Source: an uncultured delta proteobacterium
Lineage (GTDB): Bacteria; Desulfobacterota; Desulfobaccia; Desulfobaccales; 0-14-0-80-60-11
DNA length: 64,000 nt
Assembly: GCA_963812015.1 (NCBI GenBank)
Contig: CAWETI010000002.1
Coordinates: 448,001 to 512,000, forward strand
Direction: 5' to 3'
Shown here: one piece after another, positions 41,594-52,045 of the stretch
Position numbering within the stretch: the first letter of the stretch is position 1
How the letters are laid out: the number at the start of each line of letters is the position of its first letter
The notes under the pieces: generated by a model
Database searches by the model: none
Told to the model about the DNA's origin: nothing
The model's input: only the letters and a program-made list of their open reading frames with translations
Position numbers and translations under genes: made by a program

Positions 41594-42586
41594 ATGTCGT
41601 TAGAAGTGGGCGCGTCCAGCCAATTACCGGTAGCTGAAACCCTGAGGCTCACCGCGGAGCCGCCGGAAGCCGGGGGACGCCTGGACCAGTTTTTGGCGGG
41701 CCAATTGGGTTTCTCCCGGGCCCGGCTGCAAAAGCTGCTGAAGTCCGGTCGGGTCCTGGTCAACGGCGAGGCGAGGCCGGCCTCCTACCGGGTGCGGCCG
41801 GGGGACGCCGTGGCGGTCTCGGTGCCGGAGCCGGCCCCCAGCTTTCTCACCCCCGAAGCCTTGCCCCTGACGATCCTCTTTGAAGACCAGGACCTCCTGG
41901 TGGTGAACAAGCCCCCGGGGCTGGTGGTCCATCCCGGGGCCGGGCATCGCGCCGGCACCCTGCTCAACGCCCTGGTCCACCACTGCCCTGACCTCAAGGA
42001 CATCGGCGAGGTGAGCCGCCCCGGCCTGGTGCACCGGCTGGACAAAGACACCAGCGGCCTCATCGTGGTGGCCAAGACCGGGTTGGCCCACGCCGCCCTG
42101 GTGGCCCAGTTCCAGGCCCACGCCATCCATAAGCAGTACCAGGCCCTGGTGTGGGGGCGCCTGCCGGAGCAGGAGGGCGAGATCGACCGGGAGGTGGGCC
42201 GCCACCCCACGGCGCGCCAGAAGATGAGCGTCCACGCCCGTCGGGGCAAACGCGCCATAACCTTCTGGCGGGTCTTGCAGGAATTTCCCGGCCCCTTGAG
42301 CCTGGTGGAACTCACCCCCCGGACCGGGCGCACCCATCAACTCAGGGTGCACCTGGCCTCCTTGGGCCACCCGGTGCTGGGGGACGCCACCTACGGGGGC
42401 GGGGTGAGCCGCCTGGCGGGCCACCCGGAGCTTGACGGCCTCAAACCCCTGGTGCACCGCCAGCTCCTCCACGCCTGGCGCCTGGGCATAACCCACCCCC
42501 GCACCGGAGAACCGATGACCTGGGAAGCGCCGCTCCCGGAGGATTTTCAGGCAGTGGTGGAAAACCTTGAGGTGATGTCTAATTGA
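41594..42586 (+). CDS. RluA-family pseudouridine synthase (RluD-like)
   Basis: S4 domain, VNKPPG, VHRLDKDTSG, TGRTHQLRVH. Confidence 0.93.
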   Translation: MSLEVGASSQLPVAETLRLTAEPPEAGGRLDQFLAGQLGFSRARLQKLLKSGRVLVNGEARPASYRVRPGDAVAVSVPEPAPSFLTPEALPLTILFEDQDLLVVNKPPGLVVHPGAGHRAGTLLNALVHHCPDLKDIGEVSRPGLVHRLDKDTSGLIVVAKTGLAHAALVAQFQAHAIHKQYQALVWGRLPEQEGEIDREVGRHPTARQKMSVHARRGKRAITFWRVLQEFPGPLSLVELTPRTGRTHQLRVHLASLGHPVLGDATYGGGVSRLAGHPELDGLKPLVHRQLLHAWRLGITHPRTGEPMTWEAPLPEDFQAVVENLEVMSN

Positions 42587-42608
42587 ATACATATTTGGGG
42601 TTCCTCTA

Positions 42609-43502
42609 ATGAGCAATATGACTATTGGAGGCATAGCAAAGCAACTTTATGCCGAGAATCCGACGGAGGTTCTTTATCATTACACCTCTTTGGATGCAAT
42701 CAATGGAATCGTTGAGAGTAAATCCCTATGGGCGACTGATATACGGTACTTCAAAGACGCTGCGGAAATGAGGCATACCGCTGAATGGCTACGATTTGAG
42801 ATTGGTCAGCGAATAGAGCGAAAAGCCACCAATGCGAATCTCTTGGGACAATTTCGAGAATGGCTGTCTCACCGCTTAACCTCCGGGCACATGTTGTTTG
42901 TGGTATCGTTCACTGCTGACGGTAATTTACTTAGCCAGTGGCGAGGTTACTGTTCGCACGGGAAAGGAATTAGTCTTGGATTTGATCCGAATCACGTTTC
43001 CAAATGCGCGGAAAAACAATCATTCCAGATGACACGCTGTATCTACGACAGTGACGAAAAACGACAGATTGTGGCCCAGATTATTGATGCCATTGAGGCA
43101 TTGGCTCAGCAACGAGGCGAGAACAAAGATGCATCGAAAAGACACCCTTCCCAGTCATTTTATGATGTATTCGAAGAGGTTGAAGGTGATTTACTTCGAA
43201 TTGCCGCGGCTATTAAACATAATTCTTTTAAAGAAGAACAGGAATGGCGGGCTGTTTCTATAATAATAACAAACTACGTGCAAGCGCCAATCTCATATCG
43301 TAATGGTTCGGCAATGCTTATTCCATACATCAATTTCGGTTTGGTAAAAAGAGATGAAGACCTCGTAGATTTTGAGCACATCTTTTTAGGTCCAACATCG
43401 AACTCTGGTCTATCAATGCATTCATTATCTAATTATTTGTCTAAGAAAATGGTTAATCCGAAAAAAGGGATCACATATTGTCAGATACCCTATCGCGAAT
43501 AA
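42609..43502 (+). CDS. DUF2971-like protein (low GC)
   Basis: LYHYTS, LLSQWRGY, FKEEQEWR, IFLGP. Confidence 0.75.
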   Translation: MSNMTIGGIAKQLYAENPTEVLYHYTSLDAINGIVESKSLWATDIRYFKDAAEMRHTAEWLRFEIGQRIERKATNANLLGQFREWLSHRLTSGHMLFVVSFTADGNLLSQWRGYCSHGKGISLGFDPNHVSKCAEKQSFQMTRCIYDSDEKRQIVAQIIDAIEALAQQRGENKDASKRHPSQSFYDVFEEVEGDLLRIAAAIKHNSFKEEQEWRAVSIIITNYVQAPISYRNGSAMLIPYINFGLVKRDEDLVDFEHIFLGPTSNSGLSMHSLSNYLSKKMVNPKKGITYCQIPYRE

Positions 43503-43544
43503 GTAATATGGCTTGGGCACAGCCCACTAAAAATTAACTGCGAA

Positions 43545-43651
43545 TGTGGGCCGTGCCCACCCCACATAAAATCTTAAGGGGTTGGGGGAGGGAGTTTGAG
43601 GGAGGGGGCAGGGGCTACTTACGAAAAAGTCCCTGGCCCCTTCCCTCAAAA
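43545..43651 (-). repeat. REP-like palindromic repeat (inverted relative to 41459-41561)
   Basis: cttaaggggttgggggagggagtttgagggagggggcagggg...ccctggccccttccctcaaa. Confidence 0.7.
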
Positions 43652-43664
43652 ATAACTTCTCAAT

Positions 43665-44276
43665 ATGCTCAAAATCGCCATTACTGGGGGGGCCGGGACG
43701 GGGAAGAGCACCGTGGCCCGGATGTTTGCCGCACTGGGGGCCGAGGTTCTGGACGCCGACCAGATGGCCCGGGACGCAGTGGCGGTGGGCGCACCTGCCT
43801 GGCAGGAGCTGCGCCGTCTTTATGGCGAGGAATATTTTCATGAAAACGGCGGGTTGAACCGATCTAAGCTGGCACAACTGGTGTTCGCCGACCCCGAGGC
43901 GCGCCGCCGCCTGGACGGCCTCATCCACCCCCGGGTGGAGGCGGAGCTTAGGGCCCGGGTGGCGGAGTTGGAAGGCCGGGGCGCACGGTTGGTGCTGGTG
44001 GAGGTGCCGCTCCTGTTCGAAACCGGCCGGGAGGCGGCCTTCGACCGGGTTATCGTGGTGGCGGCCCCGGAAGCCGATCAAATCCGGCGTCTCAGGGGGC
44101 GGGACGGCAGGGGGGAGGCGGAGATCCGGGGCATCCTGGCGGCCCAGTGGCCCCTGGCGGACAAGCTGGCCCGGGCCGACTACGTGGTGGACAACGGGGG
44201 ATCGCGGCGCCGCACGGAGCAGCAGGTGAAAAACATCTGGGGGGACCTGAAAAATCAGCTTGACAGCGGCGCCTAA
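43665..44276 (+). CDS. coaE: Dephospho-CoA kinase
   Basis: ITGGAGTGKST, DAD, IHPRV, VPLLFE. Confidence 0.94.
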   Translation: MLKIAITGGAGTGKSTVARMFAALGAEVLDADQMARDAVAVGAPAWQELRRLYGEEYFHENGGLNRSKLAQLVFADPEARRRLDGLIHPRVEAELRARVAELEGRGARLVLVEVPLLFETGREAAFDRVIVVAAPEADQIRRLRGRDGRGEAEIRGILAAQWPLADKLARADYVVDNGGSRRRTEQQVKNIWGDLKNQLDSGA

Positions 44277-44540
44277 AAAGGTTAGCGTCGCAAATAACCT
44301 ACCTTCAAGCAATCTACTGACCCGATAGCAAGAAGAAATTTAAGGAAAAATCCCGAATATCCCCTTTGGCATTAGTTGGAACTTGTCCGCACGCCTATCC
44401 CGAATCAACGGTCCGGGCCCCTCGTGGCCCCCGGCCAGCTGTGGATCATAAAACCGCATAGAGAGTAGGCTTTCAGCTTATCGACAATTAATCTATCACC
44501 CGGTGCAGGAAGTATTGGTATGCATGATCAAGAGGTAATA

Positions 44541-45788
44541 ATGAATTTATCGGAATTGAAACACAAGAAAATCAACGACCTGACTTCCCTGGCCCGGGAC
44601 CTCAGTGTGGAAGGCGCGGCGGGGATGCGCAAGCAGGATCTTATTTTCGCCATCTTGCAGGCTCAGGTGGAAAAGAACGGGGTCATCTCCGGCGGGGGCG
44701 TGCTGGAAATCCTCCCGGACGGCTTCGGGTTCCTCCGGGCCCAGGACTACAATTATCTCCCCGGGCCCGACGACATCTATGTTTCGCCCTCCCAGATCCG
44801 CCGCTTCAATCTGCGCACCGGGGACACCATCGCCGGGCAGATTCGCCCCCCCAAGGAGGGGGAGCGTTATTTCGCCCTCCTCAAGGTGGAGACGGTCAAC
44901 TTTGAGGACCCCGCGGTGGCCCGGGACAAGATTCTCTTTGACAACTTGACGCCCCTGTATCCCGACCAGCGTCTCAAGCTGGAGACGGACCCGGACAACT
45001 ACTCCGCCCGGGTCATGGACCTGATGACCCCCGTGGGTATGGGCCAGCGGGGTCTCATCGTCGCCGCCCCCCGCACCGGCAAGACCATGCTCCTCCAGAA
45101 CCTGGCCAACAGTATCGCCACGAACCATCCCGAAGTAGTGCTCATCGTGCTGCTCATCGACGAACGGCCTGAAGAAGTTACGGACATGCAGCGCAGCGTC
45201 AAGGCCGAAGTGGTCAGTTCCACCTTTGACGAGCCGCCCCAGCGGCACATCCAGGTGGCGGAGATGGTCCTGGAAAAGGCCAAGCGCCTGGTAGAGCACA
45301 AGCGGGATGTGGTCATCCTGCTGGATTCCATCACCCGCCTGGCCCGGGCTTACAACACGGTGGTGCCGGCCAGCGGCAAGATCCTCTCCGGTGGGTTGGA
45401 TGCCAACGCCCTGCAGCGCCCCAAACGGTTTTTCGGGGCCGCCCGGAACATCGAGGAAGGGGGCAGCCTCACCATCATCGCCACCGCCCTCATCGAGACC
45501 GGCAGCCGCATGGATGAGGTCATTTTCGAGGAATTCAAGGGCACCGGCAACATGGAGATTCACCTGGAACGCAAGCTCGTGGAAAAGCGCATCTTTCCAT
45601 CCATCGACATCAACCGCTCCGGCACCCGGAAGGAAGAGCTGCTGCTGGTCCCCGAGGACCTCAACCGCATCTGGATCCTGCGCAAGCTCTTGTCGCCGCT
45701 CTCCCCGGTGGACAGCATGGAATTTTTGCTGGAAAAACTCCGGGGGACCAAGAACAACGGCGAGTTTTTGGGGGCCATGAACCGCTAA
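44541..45788 (+). CDS. rho: Transcription termination factor Rho
   Basis: [36 protein letters not shown]. Confidence 0.98.
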   Translation: MNLSELKHKKINDLTSLARDLSVEGAAGMRKQDLIFAILQAQVEKNGVISGGGVLEILPDGFGFLRAQDYNYLPGPDDIYVSPSQIRRFNLRTGDTIAGQIRPPKEGERYFALLKVETVNFEDPAVARDKILFDNLTPLYPDQRLKLETDPDNYSARVMDLMTPVGMGQRGLIVAAPRTGKTMLLQNLANSIATNHPEVVLIVLLIDERPEEVTDMQRSVKAEVVSSTFDEPPQRHIQVAEMVLEKAKRLVEHKRDVVILLDSITRLARAYNTVVPASGKILSGGLDANALQRPKRFFGAARNIEEGGSLTIIATALIETGSRMDEVIFEEFKGTGNMEIHLERKLVEKRIFPSIDINRSGTRKEELLLVPEDLNRIWILRKLLSPLSPVDSMEFLLEKLRGTKNNGEFLGAMNR

Positions 45789-45812
45789 GTATCCCGCCTC
45801 AAGGGGCTGCAC

Positions 45813-45846
45813 AAAAAAGGGCGCACCGCGGTGCGCCCTTTGCTTT
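45813..45846. terminator. Bidirectional intrinsic terminator
   Basis: aaaaaagggcgcac-cgcg-gtgcgccctttgcttt between convergent genes. Confidence 0.8.
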
Positions 45847-45923
45847 ATGGCAAGGCCTCCTGGTAAAAACTGCAACCCAAGGCAACTCATTAAGGGGACG
45901 GCGCTATCTGCCCCCAAGCAACC

Positions 45924-46214
45924 CTACACCCAGGTATTGGGCTTTTTGTTCCAGTTTTTCCGGATCTCTTCTTTGTCCTTCTTGGTGGCCCCAAACGCGG
46001 ACTCGCAGGTGGCCTCCCACTTGTGAGGGTCGGAGCGGAAGTCTTTCTTATAAGGACTATTGGTCGAATCCTTGCAGAAGATGGTGGGCATGCCGATGAG
46101 GCGCTCCACTTCTGCGCCGCAGATCTCGCAGGTGGTCAGGGGCGGGTCGCTCATCTTCTGCTCGACTTCAAAAATGTGGCCGTGTTCCTTGCACTTATAC
46201 TCATAGGTGGGCAT
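45924..46214 (-). CDS. FmdB-family zinc-ribbon protein
   Basis: MPTYEYKCKEHGH..FEVEQKMSD..CEICG. Confidence 0.85.
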   Translation of the reverse strand: MPTYEYKCKEHGHIFEVEQKMSDPPLTTCEICGAEVERLIGMPTIFCKDSTNSPYKKDFRSDPHKWEATCESAFGATKKDKEEIRKNWNKKPNTWV

Positions 46215-46458
46215 GCGGCACTCCTTTACCGTCTTAGCTAATAACTTGACAGACACTCCCCGGGGCGCTAATTTTAGGAGAAGTTATCTATTTATTAACA
46301 GATTTTTCCCCGGAGGCCAAGCGCGGATTAGGCCCGTCCTGGTCCCGGGTGACGTTTTGGCCGGTTCAGGCCGCGCCTTTCGACCCTGGCCAGCCGCGCT
46401 GCGGCACCATACTCCTGGCGGCCAGGTCTTATTCTCTTGATCTTGACAGGAGGCTCCC

Positions 46459-47388
46459 ATGGAAATCCCCGTCCTTCAGGCCGTCACCGTAGAAATCCTG
46501 GTGGATAATTTCTTCGACGTGTTTGAGCCTTCCCGGCCCGGCATCGTGGAACGGGTGGTCCCCGGCCGCCTCAAAAAACCCCTGGTGGCGGCCCACGGCC
46601 TGGCTTACCTGGTCACCCTCAACCGCCGGGGCAAGCTCACCCGTATCCTGATGGACGCCGCCAACGCCCCCCTGCCCCTGTTCAACAACCTGGAAGCTTT
46701 GGAACACAATATCGACGAGATTGACGCAGTGGTCCTCAGCCACGGCCACCCGGATCACTACGGGGGGCTGCTGGAATTTCTGGCCAAACGCACCGGTCCC
46801 CCCATCCCCATTTATCTCCACCAGGAGGTGTTTCTGCCCAAGCTCCTGGTGACGCCCCGGGGCCGCATCGGTCCCTGGGTCCTGGAACTGGACCAATTGG
46901 TGGCCGCGGGCGTCAAGCTTTATGAAAACCAGGGACCCCAACTGGTCATGGATCAGGCCCTCCTCACCGGCACGGTGGAGGCCACCACCGACTATGAAAA
47001 ACCCCTGGTCAGCTTCCGGCGTAAGGTGGCCGGCCAGGAAGAACAGGACCTTTTCCCCGACGAGCAGGCCCTGGTGGCCAACGTCGAGGGCCGGGGCCTG
47101 GTGGTGATCGGCGGCTGCAGCCACCCCGGCATCGTCAACATGGTGAAATACGCCCAGAAACTCACGGGAGTGCAAAAAGTCTCCCTCATCATGGGGGGCT
47201 TCCACCTCACCCCCGGGGGCGATGTGCTCATCCAACACACCATCCAAGGACTGAAAGAACTCAACCCGGAACTGATCATGGCCGGCCACTGCACCGGCTT
47301 TCGGGCCCTCACCAAGCTCGCCGTCGCCTTCCCCGATAACTTCATGGTCAGCTGCGTGGGCACCAAGGTCATGGTGGTGGGGGGGTAA
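46459..47388 (+). CDS. MBL-fold metallo-hydrolase
   Basis: SHGHPDHYGG, GCSHPG, GGFHL, GHCTG. Confidence 0.9.
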   Translation: MEIPVLQAVTVEILVDNFFDVFEPSRPGIVERVVPGRLKKPLVAAHGLAYLVTLNRRGKLTRILMDAANAPLPLFNNLEALEHNIDEIDAVVLSHGHPDHYGGLLEFLAKRTGPPIPIYLHQEVFLPKLLVTPRGRIGPWVLELDQLVAAGVKLYENQGPQLVMDQALLTGTVEATTDYEKPLVSFRRKVAGQEEQDLFPDEQALVANVEGRGLVVIGGCSHPGIVNMVKYAQKLTGVQKVSLIMGGFHLTPGGDVLIQHTIQGLKELNPELIMAGHCTGFRALTKLAVAFPDNFMVSCVGTKVMVVGG

Positions 47389-47396
47389 GGATGATT

Positions 47397-47556
47397 GTGG
47401 AGGGAGGGCCAGGAACTTCGTCCCTGCCCTCCCCCCACACCCCCCACCCAACCCGCTTAGGGGCCGGACTAACCCGGGCAAATAAAACATAAGGGATTGG
47501 GGGTGGGGGTTTGGGGGAGGGGGAAAGGGCGGGTGCCCTTTGCCCCCTTCCCCAAA
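47397..47556. repeat. Pair of inverted REP-like repeats
   Basis: Same G/C-run hairpin family as 41459 and 43545. Confidence 0.6.
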
Positions 47557-47565
47557 GGATAATCC

Positions 47566-48297
47566 ATGGACCATCTGACCCCCGGCGAAGAAACCATGAT
47601 CGGCGCCCTGGCCCGGCAGGTGCGGGACGGGGATTGGGCTGCCTGCGGGACGCTGTCGCCCATGCCGGCCGCGGCGTTGTGGCTGGCGCAGCTCACCCAC
47701 GCGCCTCGGGCGGAGGTCTTTGTGGCGGGGAGCTCGGATTGGCCCTTTGAGGGGGAGTGGCAGGGGTTCTTCGACCTGGCCCAGGCAGGAAGGCTGAACG
47801 TTTTTTACTTGAGCGGGGCCCAAATTGATGGGCAGGGCACAATCAACCTTATGGCCATCGGCCCTTACGACCAACCGCAGGTGCGCCTGCCGGGAGGGGC
47901 GGGGTCGGCCATCCTGGCCTACGTGGTGGAGCGGGTGGTGCTGTTCAAGACGGAGCATTCGGCCCGGGGGCTGGTGGCCGCCGTGGACGCCATCACGGCG
48001 CCGGGCTACACTCCGGAGCTGACCCCCTGGCAGCGCCCCGGCCGGGTCACCCGCCTCATCACCCCCAAGTGTGTCTTTAACCTGGCGCCGCCCCAGGCGC
48101 CGCATTTAGCCAGCCTCCACCCCGGCGTGAGCTTGGAGGAGGTGCGGGGGCTCACGGGCTTTCCCTTCAAAGCGGCCGGCGATATTCCGGTAACCGCGCG
48201 CCTGGCGCCGGAGGCCCGCCGCCTCCTCTACGGCCCGGTCAAAGAGAAGCTGGCCCGGGCTTATCCCCACTTCGCGGCGCGGCTGCAAATTACTTAA
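47566..48297 (+). CDS. CoA-transferase beta subunit-like protein
   Basis: LSGAQIDGQGTIN, RLPGGAGS, LHPGVS. Confidence 0.8.
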   Translation: MDHLTPGEETMIGALARQVRDGDWAACGTLSPMPAAALWLAQLTHAPRAEVFVAGSSDWPFEGEWQGFFDLAQAGRLNVFYLSGAQIDGQGTINLMAIGPYDQPQVRLPGGAGSAILAYVVERVVLFKTEHSARGLVAAVDAITAPGYTPELTPWQRPGRVTRLITPKCVFNLAPPQAPHLASLHPGVSLEEVRGLTGFPFKAAGDIPVTARLAPEARRLLYGPVKEKLARAYPHFAARLQIT

Positions 48298-48386
48298 GAA
48301 CTCAAGTTTCGTATCAAGTAACGGCGAAATAATATTAATATTGTATGTAATAAAGTAGGAGAGATTAAACTTCTGCCCATACCACT

Positions 48387-50525
48387 ATGTTAAATTTTCT
48401 TAAAACGCATTTCGGCTTTGATCAATTCCGCCCTTTGCAGGAGGAGATTATTCGTTGTGTGATGGCACAACAGGATGCCTTTGTGCTGATGCCTACCGGG
48501 GGAGGAAAGTCGCTGTGCTATCAATTACCGGCGCTCATGATGCCGGGAATAACCTTGGTTATTTCACCTCTCATCGCGCTTATGAAAGACCAGGTGGACG
48601 GTCTCAAGGCTGATGGTATTCCGGCTGAATTCATTAATAGCACGTTAACTCACGCTGAAATTGAAAAAATTCAGAAGGAGGCGCGCAGGGGGAAAATAAA
48701 AATTCTGTACGCGGCGCCGGAACGATTGACTATGCCTGAATTTCAACTTTTCTTGCAAAAAATTAACGTCAGTCTGATTGCTATTGACGAATCACACTGT
48801 ATCAGCGAATGGGGGCATGATTTTCGTCCCGATTATCGTAATCTTAAAATGCTGAGAAATATTTTTCCCGAGGTTCCGGCGATGGCTCTTACAGCCACTG
48901 CCACCCAAAAGGTGCGGGAAGATATCATTTGTCAATTGTCACTCGATAAAGCGAAAATATTTATCTCCAGCTTCAACCGCCCCAATCTAACGTATGCAGT
49001 GCTTCCCAAAAAAGATTCTTATGACCAACTGATTAATATATTGCGGGAACATCAGAATGAATCAGCGATCATTTATGGTTTTTCGAGAAAAGACACCGAG
49101 CATCTGGCGGCGGATTTGCGCCAGGAGGGGTTTAAGGCGCTGCCTTATCACGCCGGGCTGGAAAGCGATGAGCGCAGAACTAATCAAGAGAAATTCATTC
49201 GAGACGAAGCGCAAATTATCGTGGCGACGATAGCTTTCGGGATGGGGATTGACAAGCCGGATGTCCGCTTGGTTATTCATTATCATCTACCCAAATCAAT
49301 TGAAGGCTACTACCAGGAAACGGGGCGCGCCGGACGCGACGGACTTCCGAGCCAGTGCATTCTTTTTTTCTCTTACGCCGATACCATTAAGCAGCAGTAT
49401 TTTCTCCGGCAGATAGAAAATGAGTCCGAGCGGAAAAATGCCTATGGGAAGCTCGACCAGATGGTTGAATATTGTGAACTGGCAACCTGCCGCCGCCATT
49501 ATTTACTTTCATATTTCGGAGAAGATTTTCAACAAGAAAAATGCGACGGATGCGATGTTTGTTTTTCCCCGAAAGAAAATTTTGACGCAACCATAATTAG
49601 CCAAAAAATTATGTCGGCTATTATACGAACGGGGCAACAGTTTGGGATAAATTATATTATCGATATACTAAACGGGGCAAAGAATAAGAAAATCATTGAA
49701 CGTAATCATCATAATTTATCGGTATACGGTATTGTTGATGATTTTTCCAAGGAAGATTTGAGACGCATTATCGGTCAATTGCTTTCCAGAAAACTGATCA
49801 TAAAAAGCGGCGATGAATATCCGATTCTGCAATTAAGCCAGCGTGGCAATGATTTTTTGAAAAAACGGGAAGAAATTCATTTACTCAAGTTTAAATCTAT
49901 CGCCAAATTGTCTCAACCGAGTGATGCGGTTGACGCCGAATACGATAGGGACCTCTTTGAGAAACTGCGTCTCTTGCGCAAAAAAATCGCCGATGCAAAA
50001 GCGGTTCCACCTTTTGTCGTTTTTGGCGATCTGGCTCTGCGCCAGATGGCTTCATATCTGCCGCAAAGCGAGGAGAACTTTTCAAGAATCAGTGGCGTGG
50101 GCCAGGAAAAGCTTAAACAATACGGCAAAATATTTACGGAGTTTATTCAGACTTACGCCAAGGAAAATAATCTCAGCGAAAAAGATGTTCCCGTGAAAAG
50201 ATCGGCAAGGCCGCACCGGCCAATTCGTCTGGGACCGACCTATCGGGAAACCCAAAAACTGGTTCTACAGAAAATGTCAGTTGAGAAAATGGCGAGTATG
50301 AGAGGTCTCGCGTCCGGGACCATAACTTCTCATATTGAAAAGTTGGTCAGCACCGGCGATAAAATTGATATTGGCTATTTAAGGCCGCCGGTCGAGCAAT
50401 TCGAAACAATAAAAGCCGCATTTCAAGAATCCGGTGGGACAGCTTTGTGGCCCGTTCAGGAAATACTAGGCGAGCAATTTTCATACGAAGAATTAAGAAT
50501 AGCCAGGCTATTCATCAAATCGTAG
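48387..50525 (+). CDS. recQ: DNA helicase RecQ (low GC)
   Basis: MPTGGGKSLCYQ, DESHC, QETGRAGRDG, RQC Zn-Cys, HRDC domain. Confidence 0.95.
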   Translation: MLNFLKTHFGFDQFRPLQEEIIRCVMAQQDAFVLMPTGGGKSLCYQLPALMMPGITLVISPLIALMKDQVDGLKADGIPAEFINSTLTHAEIEKIQKEARRGKIKILYAAPERLTMPEFQLFLQKINVSLIAIDESHCISEWGHDFRPDYRNLKMLRNIFPEVPAMALTATATQKVREDIICQLSLDKAKIFISSFNRPNLTYAVLPKKDSYDQLINILREHQNESAIIYGFSRKDTEHLAADLRQEGFKALPYHAGLESDERRTNQEKFIRDEAQIIVATIAFGMGIDKPDVRLVIHYHLPKSIEGYYQETGRAGRDGLPSQCILFFSYADTIKQQYFLRQIENESERKNAYGKLDQMVEYCELATCRRHYLLSYFGEDFQQEKCDGCDVCFSPKENFDATIISQKIMSAIIRTGQQFGINYIIDILNGAKNKKIIERNHHNLSVYGIVDDFSKEDLRRIIGQLLSRKLIIKSGDEYPILQLSQRGNDFLKKREEIHLLKFKSIAKLSQPSDAVDAEYDRDLFEKLRLLRKKIADAKAVPPFVVFGDLALRQMASYLPQSEENFSRISGVGQEKLKQYGKIFTEFIQTYAKENNLSEKDVPVKRSARPHRPIRLGPTYRETQKLVLQKMSVEKMASMRGLASGTITSHIEKLVSTGDKIDIGYLRPPVEQFETIKAAFQESGGTALWPVQEILGEQFSYEELRIARLFIKS

Positions 50526-50555
50526 AGGTTTAACCTCTGCGGGTGGAGTTAAGCC

Positions 50556-51299
50556 ATGTGTGAACTCTTTGCCATGTCGGCGGGCCAGCACTATACGGCC
50601 CAGGAATACCTGCCGCTTTTTGCCGACAAGGCCCGGGACAACATGAGCGGCTGGGGTATCGGGTTTTTCCGGGAAGGGCAGGTGCACATCGAAAAATCCT
50701 GTGAGGGCATCTACGAGGGCGACATGGTGCACGACAGCTTTCAGCGCCTGGCCCGGGTGATTGGCAGCCGCACCATCATCTCCCATATCCGCTGCCCCAA
50801 GGCCGGCCACCAGGCGGAATCCCAGGCCCAGCCCCTTACCGACTTCTTCCTGGACCATCACTGGCTCTTCAGCTTTACCGGGGAAGCCCGGGGAAGCCAC
50901 GGCTACGAGAGTCCCCGCCCCCTGATGCGGGAGCGGCTCCTGGCCGCCCGGGTCTTCGAGTTCATCCGGGACGGGATGGAAACCCACCAGGCGGCCTGGC
51001 CGGGACTGGGTCTCTACCAGGGCCTGGCGGTGGCCTGCAAGGATCTCATCAGCCGCTACCCCGGCGAATATGCGTTTTTCCTGGCCAATGAGACGGTGCT
51101 CTTCGCCTTTCTCAACCACGGGCAAGTCCTCACCTTTCGCCCGCCGGAGGCCCGGGGGGAATCACTGCTGCTGACCACAGTGTCCGGCGGCCTGACCCGA
51201 GACCCGGACCATTGGTTCGCCTACCCCAATAAAGACCCGAAGCGCGGCCAGGTCCTCATCATTTCCGGGGCCGATCTCCTCCACCTGGGGCATATCTAA
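50556..51299 (+). CDS. Class II glutamine amidotransferase-like protein (divergent)
   Basis: MCELF start, GWGIGF, ISHIR; lacks HNG motif. Confidence 0.8.
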   Translation: MCELFAMSAGQHYTAQEYLPLFADKARDNMSGWGIGFFREGQVHIEKSCEGIYEGDMVHDSFQRLARVIGSRTIISHIRCPKAGHQAESQAQPLTDFFLDHHWLFSFTGEARGSHGYESPRPLMRERLLAARVFEFIRDGMETHQAAWPGLGLYQGLAVACKDLISRYPGEYAFFLANETVLFAFLNHGQVLTFRPPEARGESLLLTTVSGGLTRDPDHWFAYPNKDPKRGQVLIISGADLLHLGHI

Positions 51300-52045
51300 T
51301 GTGCGATCTTTTCGCCCTGTCAGCCTCACACCATCACATTGCCTCCACTTCCCTGCCGCTGTTCGCGGTCCGGGGGCGGCAAAACGTGCATGGCTGGGGG
51401 ATCGGGTTTTTCCGCCACCGCACTCCGGTGGTGGAGAAATCCGGGGACCAGGTTTTCGCCGACGGCCGACTCCACGTCTCTTTCCAGCGGCTGGCCCGGG
51501 TGGTGAACAGCCCCATCATCCTGGCCCACATCCGTTACAAATCCAGCGGCGAGGTGGACGAGTGCCACGCCCACCCCTTTGTGCTGGATTTTTGGGACCA
51601 AGCCTGGATCTTCGCCCATAACGGCAAGGCCCCGATCATCGAGCCCTATGTCAGCCCCAACACCCCGCTCCTGGAGGCGGCCAGCGACTCGGCCCGGACC
51701 TTCGAATTCTTGCGGGATTATTTTTGGGAGGCCGAACCCCGGCGCCCCCACACCCCCTTCGGAGTTATCCTCAAAGAGGCCCTGGTTCTCCTGCTCAAGA
51801 ACTATCCCGGCGGCTACAATTTTCTCCTCACCAACGGCCGGGTGATCTGGGCTTTCACCAACCACCGGCAATTCATGATGCTCAAGGGCAGTGAGAAGCT
51901 GGAAGACGCTTTGCTCCTCACCACCATCGAGGAGGGCCTCAGCTCGGAAAACTGGCAGAGGCTGGCAGCCGGGGAGGGTAGTTTGGGCCGGCTGCTGCTC
52001 ATTGCCGGGGGCGATCTGATCCTGTCGGAAGACCTGCGCCCCTGA
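51299..52045 (+). CDS. Class II glutamine amidotransferase (YafJ/EgtC-like)
   Basis: MCDLF, GWGIGF, LAHIR, HPF, FAHNG, SDS. Confidence 0.85.
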   Translation: MCDLFALSASHHHIASTSLPLFAVRGRQNVHGWGIGFFRHRTPVVEKSGDQVFADGRLHVSFQRLARVVNSPIILAHIRYKSSGEVDECHAHPFVLDFWDQAWIFAHNGKAPIIEPYVSPNTPLLEAASDSARTFEFLRDYFWEAEPRRPHTPFGVILKEALVLLLKNYPGGYNFLLTNGRVIWAFTNHRQFMMLKGSEKLEDALLLTTIEEGLSSENWQRLAAGEGSLGRLLLIAGGDLILSEDLRP

